Positions 45,983 to 55,109 are shown, numbered from the stretch's first letter. The stretch: DNA of 64,000 nt from Euryarchaeota archaeon UBA605 (GCA_002504905.1 DATY01000013.1:76688-140687); one strand, 5' to 3'. Numbers and translations are program-made. The notes: a model not told the origin generated them from the sequence alone.

Positions 45983-48160
45983 ATGTCGGCCGTCCGTTCT
46001 CTCTTAGTGCTGTTTGGTTCTCAATCTGGTAATGCAGAAGATCTTGCATCTAAAATTGGAAAACTGGCTCCAAAATATGGTCTTGAAGCGACAGTAAAAG
46101 GGATGGATGAAATTCAGATTAGTGATATGGCGGAGCAAAAAAGAATAATGATTTGCTGTAGTACTTGGGGTGAAGGAGAGCAGCCTGATAATGCTGAGGA
46201 CTTGTGGATTTCTGCAAACGCTGATGACTCTCCTTCAATGAATGGTGTAAATTTTTCAGTACTAGCACTTGGAGATACCTCGTATGAGTTATTTTGTGAA
46301 TCCGGTAAAGAATGGGACTCTTGGTTAGAGTCTAAGGGCGGTTTCAGAATAAGTCAACGTGTCGATTGTGACGTTGATTATGAGGCCCCTGCTAAATTAT
46401 GGATAGATGAGACTTTAGCAAGAATGGGCGCAGTGGATGACTCCGGTATTTTCCAAGAAAGTTTAGTTGAAGACGTTAAGAGTAATGCTTCTGGTAATAT
46501 TTCGAATAAAATAGAACCAGAGTCGAAAGTTTCAGAATCATCAATTGAGATTTCAACAGATGGTGACCGTTCAATGACTATTCTCTTTGGTTCTCAATCT
46601 GGAAACGCGGAAGGTCTAGCTGCAAAATTTGCAAAGCAAGCTGCTAATTATGGTTTAGATGCTGAAGTTGCTGATATGGATGGCTTCGATTTATCATCAT
46701 TATCATCGAAAAAGAGAGTACTGATAATCTGCTCTACATGGGGTGAAGGAGAGCAACCTGATAATGCTGAGGAATTATGGCAGAAAGCAGTTTCAGCATC
46801 TCCAGGCTTACTTAATGGAGTTCATTATTCAGTTCTAGCACTTGGAGATACCTCGTATGATTTATTTTGTGAATCAGGTAAGGAGTGGGATAAAAGATTC
46901 GAAGAGTTAGGAGCCACAAGACTGGTTGACCGAGTAGATTGTGATGTAGATTTTGATAAAATTTCACAAGCTTGGGCCGAAGAAGCACTTGCTTCAATGG
47001 CGGCAGTTGATGGAGAAGGTATCTTCCATGAAGAAATGGTTCAGGCAATTAAAGACTCAATTACATCTGACTCTGTTGGAGCCTCTGGTGAAGATGGCTT
47101 TACGGTCCCAGATATCAAGTCAGAATCCATTCGTGCTGAAATTACTATTTTTAGATATGATCCTTCTTCCTCAACAACTGGGAAAGATACCTGGATTTGT
47201 GCATTACCCGGACATATGTCTATTCTAGATGTTCTCAGAACTCTGAAAAATACTCAGGATGGCTCACTAACATTCAGAGACGGTTCATTAGATGATCCAA
47301 CTACCGCGATTACAATTAATGGTAGGCATGTCCTACCTGGTAATCTCAGACTAGATCTGGCGGCCCCAATCCGTGACGGTGGTATCAGTATCAGAATAGA
47401 ACCGCTAAATGGTTTTGAAGTAATCCGAGATTTAGTAGTCGATCATTGGGCTCTTGAAACTAAGAGAGAGTCAAGTAAACCTTGGATGGTATCTGCAACT
47501 AGAAAGGGATTGAGTACTCCTCAAGGTGCAATTGGTTCTATGTCCCCTCTAGTAGCCTCAGAGCTTCATTCAATGACTGATATTCACAGTTATCCGATTC
47601 TTCATTCTTCTTCCGATGCAACTTCCCATTCTGAAGAATATCTCGGACCATCTATTATCTCTCATGCATGGGCGAGAAGAAATGATCCACGTATCTCTTC
47701 TAGTAAAAAGAAGGAAATTGAGAATCTCCTTGATTCTTCAAATGGAATTAAAGCAGAAACTGATTTATCCTCAATAAGAAGGCAAGGTAAAGGTACTGTA
47801 ATTCATGATGCGCTGTTAAACTGTAAAACTTCTACTTTGGCAAGAACAGGCTATAATGGAAGACATGGAAAGCATGTTTGGTGGTATGCTGTAACGGTCA
47901 AAAGTAGCGGTAAAGTGAATGATACGGTATTGTATAGGCAAGTTCTCGGTCCTGTAGGGTTGATAGGAAATCTTTTCTCTGGAGTCACTGCTAGAATGGT
48001 ACTTGGCTTCACTAGAAACGGAGGAAAAATGATCAATGATATTTTAGCTCTAATAGCTCCTCCAGCAGGGCTCGGTAAGATGCCTCGTCAGTTTAATTCT
48101 TCTGTGAAAAATCACCATGAAGTGGTAGCAATATTCAATGAGATGGATGGTCGTTTTTAA
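45983..48160 (+). CDS. Double flavodoxin fused to a degenerate (Cys-less) SdhB/FrdB-like domain
   Basis: Two GSQSGNAE / STWGEGEQPDNA / LGDTSY..FC FMN-binding domains, then IFRYDP...ILDVL...DGSLTFR...ING...IEPL.GFEVIRDLVVD matching SdhB but without Fe-S cysteines. Confidence 0.8.
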   Translation: MSAVRSLLVLFGSQSGNAEDLASKIGKLAPKYGLEATVKGMDEIQISDMAEQKRIMICCSTWGEGEQPDNAEDLWISANADDSPSMNGVNFSVLALGDTSYELFCESGKEWDSWLESKGGFRISQRVDCDVDYEAPAKLWIDETLARMGAVDDSGIFQESLVEDVKSNASGNISNKIEPESKVSESSIEISTDGDRSMTILFGSQSGNAEGLAAKFAKQAANYGLDAEVADMDGFDLSSLSSKKRVLIICSTWGEGEQPDNAEELWQKAVSASPGLLNGVHYSVLALGDTSYDLFCESGKEWDKRFEELGATRLVDRVDCDVDFDKISQAWAEEALASMAAVDGEGIFHEEMVQAIKDSITSDSVGASGEDGFTVPDIKSESIRAEITIFRYDPSSSTTGKDTWICALPGHMSILDVLRTLKNTQDGSLTFRDGSLDDPTTAITINGRHVLPGNLRLDLAAPIRDGGISIRIEPLNGFEVIRDLVVDHWALETKRESSKPWMVSATRKGLSTPQGAIGSMSPLVASELHSMTDIHSYPILHSSSDATSHSEEYLGPSIISHAWARRNDPRISSSKKKEIENLLDSSNGIKAETDLSSIRRQGKGTVIHDALLNCKTSTLARTGYNGRHGKHVWWYAVTVKSSGKVNDTVLYRQVLGPVGLIGNLFSGVTARMVLGFTRNGGKMINDILALIAPPAGLGKMPRQFNSSVKNHHEVVAIFNEMDGRF
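46166..46860 (+). repeat. Internal direct repeats between the two flavodoxin domains (573-nt period)
   Basis: 26-nt perfect repeat at 46262-46287 / 46835-46860 and a 35-nt repeat with 1 mismatch at 46166-46200 / 46739-46773. Confidence 0.9.
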
Positions 48161-49020
48161 TGGCTCTAAAATACGCATATCATCCTGGAAATGTCGCACA
48201 CTCAGGATCTCCAGAAGTCGCAGATTCTATGGTCCCTCTAGCTAAGTCATTGGGAATCAAACTCACATTTCTTGACGGTGCAACAAGTTGTGGTGCTGGA
48301 ATAATTAGGCAAGCTAACAAAAAGTTACAATTAGCCTTGAATGCAAGAATTTTTGCTCAGGCTGAATCGCTAGGACTGGAAATAATGACTCCCTGCGCTT
48401 CCACAGCGGGTAACCTTTCCGAAGATTTATTGCAATTGAAGTCGGATCCAATTTTACTAGCAGAGATTAACGAGATATTGGCAAAGACATGCGGAATGAA
48501 GTTCACGGGAGAAACTTCGGTGAATCATTTGTTGCATGTAATTGTAGATGAAATCGGAATTGATAAAGTCAAATCTATGGTAGTGAACCCTATTGATTTT
48601 AGAGTTGCTTCATATTATGGACCTAACATGCAACAAGATGGATTCTGTGGAGGAGATGACGTCTATGATCCAAATTATATGGAACAGTTGATGAGTGTTT
48701 TAGGAGGAGTACCAGTTGCATGGGACTCAAGAATGCAAAGTGTTGGTGCACCTAGTCTTCTATCTGAAGAACCAACAGTTCTAAGATTATCTGCCTCAGT
48801 ACTTAATGATGCTAAATCAGAAGGTGCTCAATTAATAGTTAGTGCCTGTAATTTATCCCATTCAGTAATGGATATATATCAAGGCAAAGCATCCCAAAGA
48901 ACTGGATTAAGGACAAATATTCCAGTTGTTCATCTTTGTGAAATCTTGACCTTTGCATTAGGGCATTATAATACTAGATTCGCCCAATTAAGGACAAGAG
49001 TAATGGTCATTGGAGATTAA
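48160..49020 (+). CDS. HdrB/SdhE-like two-CCG-domain protein with degenerate cysteine motifs
   Basis: YAYHPG, SCGAG, TPCAS, VASYYG, VSACNLSH and IPVVHLCEIL..ALG follow the HdrB layout. Start overlaps the upstream stop (TAATG). Confidence 0.8.
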   Translation: MALKYAYHPGNVAHSGSPEVADSMVPLAKSLGIKLTFLDGATSCGAGIIRQANKKLQLALNARIFAQAESLGLEIMTPCASTAGNLSEDLLQLKSDPILLAEINEILAKTCGMKFTGETSVNHLLHVIVDEIGIDKVKSMVVNPIDFRVASYYGPNMQQDGFCGGDDVYDPNYMEQLMSVLGGVPVAWDSRMQSVGAPSLLSEEPTVLRLSASVLNDAKSEGAQLIVSACNLSHSVMDIYQGKASQRTGLRTNIPVVHLCEILTFALGHYNTRFAQLRTRVMVIGD

Positions 49021-49021
49021 T

Positions 49022-50773
49022 TTATTCTTTTTCCCCATATTCTTCTAGTCCTCTCTGTCCAGTTGGCCTATACCTCTTTGCCTCAATTTCAATTGAGTTA
49101 TGTTTTTCTATATTTCCAACTTCATTCAAGTCAATTTGTTTCATTTTGGGGCGATAATTCTCTCTTTCTTCTTTAATAAATTTAGTCGCTGAGATCACTT
49201 CATTGTCCTGTATAATATCAAAATTCTGAATATTAGACAGGTCAATGTGATTTTTTCTTGGTAATTTTTTCCTAACTCTTTGAACTGATCTATACATATT
49301 TCGCTCCTTTTTTTGGGCTGCTAGTCTCATATTTTCATCACGGGTACCTTCTGCAATCAAGACCATAACTTCTCCTTCTCTATGTCTTCCTGTTCTCCCC
49401 CTTCTTTGTATTGTCCTAATCTCACTCCCCACTGGTTCGTAGAATATCACAAGATCAGCACTGGGGATGTCTAGTCCTTCTTCGGCAACAGAAGTCGCTA
49501 CCAAAACATTGTATTCTCCTTCTCTGAATTTATTCAAAACATCAATCTGCTCTCTTGGTTTGAGTCCTTTCTTCCCTGCTCTTTCGGACTGACCTATCAT
49601 TTGAATTGACTTCACTCCATTCAAGTCAATCAATGCTTTTTCTAAAGCCTCAACTGTATTCCTGAACGAAGCAAAAACAATAATCTTGCTATTAGGATCT
49701 CTTCTTAATCTATGTCTTACTAACCTTCTTACGGTTCCAACCTTATTATGAATTTCTTCCATATTCATTAATGATTTTCTCAATTCAATTATTCTCTTAT
49801 CCTTATGAAAGTTCTGAATAGATTTACTAGGGTTATTCCTCATTTCTGCAGATATATCTAAAAATTCTCTTGCAGCTGTTATTCCTTGAGTTAGAAGGTG
49901 ATTAATTAGATGATTTAAAGTCATAGCGGTTGCTATATTCGATACAGAGGAGTATCCCCTAACATCACCTAATTTAATCGAATGTTGTGCCCTACTCATG
50001 GCTTCTTTTAATCCTCCAAATGAGGGTGGTCCAGTCCTAATATACTTCCCGAGTCTTCTTTCTCTATCTACAATACCATTAATCCATAGTTCTAAAGGAT
50101 TAACCAATATTTGGATTTTTTCAGGAACATTAACTAGTATTTCCTCTATTTCTAAACCGGAAAGATAATTTTTCAACATTGGGTCATCCGACTTTCTGAT
50201 ATGGATCCTTTCAATTTCTAGTCTACTACAAATTTCATTGACCATCATTGCATTAGATCCAGGGCTAGCAGTGGCGCCGAAAATAATGCCATTTTTTGAG
50301 GAGGCATTGAACATCTCAGCTGATTGAACCATTGCATGTTTGCCAGTAGAATGATGTGCTTCATCTAAAATCAATAATGAACATTCTTCCAATGATAAGA
50401 TTCCATTTAACACATCATTACGTACAACCTGAGGAGTTGCCACTATTATCTTCGATTTTTTCCATAAACCCTCACGTTTCTTAGGGAGATTACCTCCTGT
50501 AATTGATACTGCCTCAACATTTTTGATAACTTTCTTCAAGTCTTTTAGATGTTGATCTACTAATGCACTGGTCGGCGCAATAAATAAGATCCATCCATTT
50601 CTTTCGCGTAATTTTTCAGCAATTAACATCCAAGAAACAGCAGTTTTTCCTGCTGCTGTAGGTAGCACAAGTAACATTGATCCAGATAGTGCCTCATCTA
50701 CTGCCTCTAATTGATAAGCTCGGCCTTCAATTACGTCTTCAACTAACTCAGTATGTTGAACCACGTGCCTCAT
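49022..50773 (-). CDS. hef: Hef/FANCM-like SF2 helicase (no C-terminal ERCC4 nuclease domain)
   Basis: RAYQ, LPTAAGKT, LDEAHH, TASPG, ATSVAEEGLDIP and QRRGRTGR motifs. Confidence 0.88.
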   Translation of the reverse strand: MRHVVQHTELVEDVIEGRAYQLEAVDEALSGSMLLVLPTAAGKTAVSWMLIAEKLRERNGWILFIAPTSALVDQHLKDLKKVIKNVEAVSITGGNLPKKREGLWKKSKIIVATPQVVRNDVLNGILSLEECSLLILDEAHHSTGKHAMVQSAEMFNASSKNGIIFGATASPGSNAMMVNEICSRLEIERIHIRKSDDPMLKNYLSGLEIEEILVNVPEKIQILVNPLELWINGIVDRERRLGKYIRTGPPSFGGLKEAMSRAQHSIKLGDVRGYSSVSNIATAMTLNHLINHLLTQGITAAREFLDISAEMRNNPSKSIQNFHKDKRIIELRKSLMNMEEIHNKVGTVRRLVRHRLRRDPNSKIIVFASFRNTVEALEKALIDLNGVKSIQMIGQSERAGKKGLKPREQIDVLNKFREGEYNVLVATSVAEEGLDIPSADLVIFYEPVGSEIRTIQRRGRTGRHREGEVMVLIAEGTRDENMRLAAQKKERNMYRSVQRVRKKLPRKNHIDLSNIQNFDIIQDNEVISATKFIKEERENYRPKMKQIDLNEVGNIEKHNSIEIEAKRYRPTGQRGLEEYGEKE

Positions 50774-50867
50774 AGGTTACCAACCTCAAGGACAGGGTTC
50801 AAAATAGTTACACCGCTCGGCTTTTTCATTAATCATAGTTTAACAGTAATATTTGATTCCCGATTCT

Positions 50868-51065
50868 TTCATAAAGGGATGGTAGGTCGCAAAGCCGCTC
50901 ACAACGTGAGGTACCAGACACTATAGGGCAATGCAAAAGCAACCCACAGACCAAAATCACACTCGTGTTTTTGGTTCGGTGTCACGGTGTCTCCCTAGCG
51001 TTAAGAGCCCGGCAAAATGCCGTACTGCGGCATGAAGTTGGTAATTAAAAAAGGAGGAAGCAAAA
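50868..51065 (+). promoter_or_regulatory. Promoter and long structured 5' leader of the ribosomal protein operon
   Basis: TATA-like TTCATAAA at 50868. Hairpins at 50898-50910, 50950-50975 and 51017-51033; AGGAGG RBS before rpl3. Confidence 0.5.
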
Positions 51066-52145
51066 ATGGCTGACCGTAGTAAACCCCGTCGTGGTAGCAT
51101 GGGCTTTAGCCCTAGAAAAAGGGCAATTAGACCGTATGGTCGTATAACATCATGGCCGGAAACAGATGCATCAGAGATAAGAGTACAGGGATTTGCTGGT
51201 TGGAAGGCAGGAATGACTCATGTTTTAATTCGAGATACGAATCCTCATTCCACTTCTGCCGGGCAAGAAATTAGGAAGGCAGTTACAGTTGTTGAAGCAC
51301 CGCCTATGAGTGTTCTAGCAGTTAGAGGTTACAAAATGACTCCATATGGTATGCAAACTTCTGGTGAGTTTTGGATAAATGCATCAGATGAAGGTCCAGA
51401 AGGATTGATGCCTCGTTTTGCTAATCAAACACGTGGTGAACGTGATGCAGAAGAAGGTCGTAAACCGGAAAAGAGAGCAGGAAGAATTCCTGGCAGAAAT
51501 AATGGATCTTCTGAAGCAGCTTTTGAGGCTCTAGTTAATTCAGATTTGTGTGATGTCCGTCTTATTGTTGCAACTCAACCTGCAATGGTTAAGAGTATTA
51601 ATAGTAAGACTCCTGAAATAATGGAGGTAGGTTTGGTTGGTGGAGACAATAATGAAAAATTAATGTGGGCCAAAGATCGTTTAGGCGGGACTATCACTGT
51701 TTCTGATGTTTATGATATAGGCACTGAAATTGATGTCATTGGTGTTACCAAAGGTAAAGGTTGGCAAGGTTCAATTAAAAGATGGGGAATCAAGCTTCTC
51801 AGTCACAAAAATAGTAAACGCAGAAGGCAAGGTGGAAATATGGGTGACTTCGGTACAGGATATGTTAGGAAAACTATCCGCCAAGCAGGTCAAACAGGTT
51901 ACCATCAGAGGACTGAAATGAATAAAAGAATTCTTAGAATTTCAAAACCTGATGAATCAGATATCACCCCTGAAGGTGGTTTCTTACATTATGGTGAAGT
52001 ATCAAATGATTACATGATTATTGAAGGTAGTCTTCCTGGACCTGCTAAGCGTATGTTGAGATTCAGAGACGCTATTAGGCCTAGAGCCAGTAAACCAGAA
52101 GTTGATTTGACTTATGTCAGTACTTCGTCAAAGCAGGGGGTCTGA
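51066..52145 (+). CDS. rpl3: 50S ribosomal protein uL3
   Basis: PRRGSMGFSPRKRA, GWKAGMTH, TKGKGWQG and GQTGYHQRTE motifs. Confidence 0.96.
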   Translation: MADRSKPRRGSMGFSPRKRAIRPYGRITSWPETDASEIRVQGFAGWKAGMTHVLIRDTNPHSTSAGQEIRKAVTVVEAPPMSVLAVRGYKMTPYGMQTSGEFWINASDEGPEGLMPRFANQTRGERDAEEGRKPEKRAGRIPGRNNGSSEAAFEALVNSDLCDVRLIVATQPAMVKSINSKTPEIMEVGLVGGDNNEKLMWAKDRLGGTITVSDVYDIGTEIDVIGVTKGKGWQGSIKRWGIKLLSHKNSKRRRQGGNMGDFGTGYVRKTIRQAGQTGYHQRTEMNKRILRISKPDESDITPEGGFLHYGEVSNDYMIIEGSLPGPAKRMLRFRDAIRPRASKPEVDLTYVSTSSKQGV

Positions 52146-52149
52146 ATAG

Positions 52150-53028
52150 ATGAAAGTAAAAACATACAACCTAATGTCAAATGTTGAACAGGAAGAGTTA
52201 GATGCTGGATTATTAGCAGAATCTTATGTTGTAGAAACTACTGACGGTAAAGCTATGAATCTACCATCAATTTTCGAATCAGAAATACGTGAAGATCTAG
52301 TAAGATCTGCTGTCCATGCATCTCGTGCTAATCGAAGGCAGTCATATGGTCATAATGAACACGATGGTAAGCGTGCTCCTCAGCCAGGAATGAAACATTC
52401 TGTAGAATGGTGGGGCAAGGGTCGCGGTGTGTCCAGAATCATGAGAAAAACAGGTCAGAGAACTGGTGCTCAAAATCCACACACACGAGGCGGCCGAAGA
52501 GCACATGGGCCTAAAGTGGCCAAAGATTGGTCACAGAAATTAAACACCAAGCAGAAAATACTCGCTCGTAATTCTGCTATTGCAGCAACTGCTAATCCTG
52601 AGATGGTTTCATCTCGAGGTCATAACTTTGAAGATAATGTTAGATTCCCAATCATTATCGATTCATATACAGAATCTCGTGAAGGCTCGTTAGAGAAATT
52701 CTCTGTAGAATCTTTACCATTACAAAATTCTACAAGGAAGTTTGTGGCCATGATGGAAGGTCTGGGACTTGGTGCTGATTTGATTAGAGCAAAATCCGGA
52801 AGGACAATTCGTGCAGGAAAGGGTACAATGAGAGGTAGAAAATATCGTACACCAAAGAGTATTTTACTCGTCGTTGCAAATCGAGATGGCTTACACAAAG
52901 CCGCGAGAAATGTTCCTGGAGTTGATGTTGTGGCTGCAAAAGATTTGTGTGCAGAAGACCTTGCTCCTGGTGGAGATTTAGGTAGACTTACCGTCTGGAC
53001 TAAATCAGCTATAGAGGCAATGGAGTGA
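52150..53028 (+). CDS. rpl4: 50S ribosomal protein uL4
   Basis: EWWGKGRGVSRI, GGRRAHGPK, RAGKGTMRGR and LAPGG..GRLT motifs. Confidence 0.95.
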   Translation: MKVKTYNLMSNVEQEELDAGLLAESYVVETTDGKAMNLPSIFESEIREDLVRSAVHASRANRRQSYGHNEHDGKRAPQPGMKHSVEWWGKGRGVSRIMRKTGQRTGAQNPHTRGGRRAHGPKVAKDWSQKLNTKQKILARNSAIAATANPEMVSSRGHNFEDNVRFPIIIDSYTESREGSLEKFSVESLPLQNSTRKFVAMMEGLGLGADLIRAKSGRTIRAGKGTMRGRKYRTPKSILLVVANRDGLHKAARNVPGVDVVAAKDLCAEDLAPGGDLGRLTVWTKSAIEAME

Positions 53029-53033
53029 TAAAA

Positions 53034-53324
53034 ATGGTAAATCCTTATGATATAATTTTGATGCCTTGGATTACTGAGAAAACTCTGGAAGCTCGTAGAG
53101 TCGCAGATTTAGATAATAATTACAGAGAAAATAATAACCGAATTGAGTTTATTGTTCGTCGTGAATCTACAAAAAAGCAAATTCGTGAAGCTGTGGAAAT
53201 GCTCTTAGATGTTAAAGTCGCTAAGGTAAATACAAAAATTACGATTACAGGTAAGCATGCAAGTATTAGACTTGCTGAAGGATATGATGCAGAGGAGGCC
53301 GCGCTTAAGTTAGGCGCTTTCTGA
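53034..53324 (+). CDS. rpl23: 50S ribosomal protein uL23
   Basis: PWITEK, FIV....TK.QI..AVE and KVNT motifs; operon position. Confidence 0.92.
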   Translation: MVNPYDIILMPWITEKTLEARRVADLDNNYRENNNRIEFIVRRESTKKQIREAVEMLLDVKVAKVNTKITITGKHASIRLAEGYDAEEAALKLGAF

Positions 53325-53333
53325 GGTGGTATT

Positions 53334-54062
53334 ATGGGTAAAAGAACAAGATCACAGCGTAGAGGCTCGAGTCCTAAAAATAAAGTTTCAAGTCATAGAT
53401 TCCCTGCTATGAATAAGCTTCCAAGAGTAAGTGAGGAAATTGCAGAAGTTGTAGACTTGATTCATAGCCCAGTCCACACAACACCACTTGCTAAAATTAA
53501 GTTTGAAGATGGAAAAGTAGGTCATATGGCGGCTCCAGAAGGTATATCAGTGGGACAAAATATTGCCTTTGGTGATAATGTATCATTGAGGCCTGGAAAT
53601 GTCACAACCTTAGATAAGATTCCTGAAGGTACTCCTGTTTGTAATGTCGAATTAAGGCCGGGCGATGGAGGTAAACTTGCACGTTCTGGTGGTAATTCAG
53701 CTATATTAGAAACTAGAATGGAAAATAAAGTTCGGGTTAGACTACCTAGTGGTCGTTTGAAAGAATTAAATGCGAAATGTAGAGCAACAATTGGTGTACT
53801 CTCAGGTCATGGAAGAACAGAGAAGCCACTGATGAAAGCAGGTGCAGCGCACTACAGAGCAAAAGCTCGTGGTAAGTTGTATCCAACCGTAAGCGGTGTT
53901 GCAATGAACCCTGTAGATCACCCTCACGGTGGTGGAAACCATCAAGCAGTTCATGGGCCAAACTCAGTTAGTAGAAATGCTCCGCCTGGTAAAAAGGTTG
54001 GAAATATTGCTCCTAGAAGAACAGGTCGTGGTCGTGTAAGGGCGAAAGATGAGGAGGTATAA
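53334..54062 (+). CDS. rpl2: 50S ribosomal protein uL2
   Basis: MGKR...QRRG and [14 protein letters not shown] motifs. Confidence 0.96.
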   Translation: MGKRTRSQRRGSSPKNKVSSHRFPAMNKLPRVSEEIAEVVDLIHSPVHTTPLAKIKFEDGKVGHMAAPEGISVGQNIAFGDNVSLRPGNVTTLDKIPEGTPVCNVELRPGDGGKLARSGGNSAILETRMENKVRVRLPSGRLKELNAKCRATIGVLSGHGRTEKPLMKAGAAHYRAKARGKLYPTVSGVAMNPVDHPHGGGNHQAVHGPNSVSRNAPPGKKVGNIAPRRTGRGRVRAKDEEV

Positions 54063-54064
54063 GT

Positions 54065-54565
54065 ATGGCAAGAAAATCCAAGAAAATGTTCCGTTCACCT
54101 AAATTAGCACGTAGACAGGCTAGAAAGCGTCGTTCTCAAATATCTGAACGCCGTAAGAAAGAATTTTTGTGGAGAGGTTACACTATTGAAGAGTTGAAAC
54201 AGATGCCCCTGTATCCTCCTGAAGACGATTTGAGTGCTATTTGTATAGCGACCTTAATGCCTTCACGCGCCAAGAGATCATTATCTCGTGGGCTGAATCT
54301 TGATTGCGAAAAATTACTTGAGAAGATTAGAAATAATTCCTCAGGAAAAGTAATCAAAACACATTCTAGAAGAATGTATGTTCTACCAGAGATGGTAGGT
54401 ACAACCATCGGAATTCATAATGGTAAGGATTTCGTTAATGTAGAAATTATTCCAGAAATGATAGGTCATGCTTTAGGTGAATTTGCAATGACAAGAAGTT
54501 CTGTAACACACACCGGACCTGGTGTTGGTGCTACAAGATCTTCTACACACGTGGCATTGAAGTGA
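54065..54565 (+). CDS. rps19: 30S ribosomal protein uS19
   Basis: [22 protein letters not shown] and IGHALGEF motifs. Confidence 0.94.
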   Translation: MARKSKKMFRSPKLARRQARKRRSQISERRKKEFLWRGYTIEELKQMPLYPPEDDLSAICIATLMPSRAKRSLSRGLNLDCEKLLEKIRNNSSGKVIKTHSRRMYVLPEMVGTTIGIHNGKDFVNVEIIPEMIGHALGEFAMTRSSVTHTGPGVGATRSSTHVALK

Positions 54566-54574
54566 GGTGAAAAA

Positions 54575-55099
54575 ATGAGTAGAATAACAGGTAAATCACA
54601 ATCCGGGTACACACAACTTCTTGAAGGTTCAAACTTAGTTTCAGCGCGTGCAGTAAATGTCGATGTTCATCAGAAACATTGTCTTCATATCGCTAAAGCA
54701 TTGCGTGGAATGAATGCTTCCGATGCGATTTCTTATCTAGAAGATGTAATTGCAGAAAAGAGAGCAATTCCCTACACCCGTCGTACTCGAAGAGGGCGTG
54801 GAGGCAATACCATGGCTGGGCATCGTAAAGGAAAAATGGGTCCAGGAAAGTATCCTCGAAAGGCTTCTAAAGTTTTCATTAAGCTGATAAATAGTGCAAT
54901 GGACAATGCTCGTCAAAGGTATGATACAATAGAACCTGATGAAATGATCATTACTCATCTTGCATCCCATAGAGGACAAATACACAGAGGATGGAGACCT
55001 CGTGCTCAAGGGCGTGCAACTCCTGAAAATCATTATCAAGTAAATATTGAAATATTCTTAGAACATTTTGGTGAGGAAGAAGAAGAGGATGAATTCTGA
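54575..55099 (+). CDS. rpl22: 50S ribosomal protein uL22
   Basis: GKYPRKAS and PRAQGRAT motifs; operon position. Confidence 0.94.
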   Translation: MSRITGKSQSGYTQLLEGSNLVSARAVNVDVHQKHCLHIAKALRGMNASDAISYLEDVIAEKRAIPYTRRTRRGRGGNTMAGHRKGKMGPGKYPRKASKVFIKLINSAMDNARQRYDTIEPDEMIITHLASHRGQIHRGWRPRAQGRATPENHYQVNIEIFLEHFGEEEEEDEF

Positions 55100-55109
55100 G
55101 GTGTAGAAA

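Noticed and set aside
50880-51060. GC-rich intergenic region as RNase P RNA or SRP RNA
   Set aside because: Lacks GAGGAAAGUCC / P4 motifs and the SRP helix-8 motif on either strand; too short.
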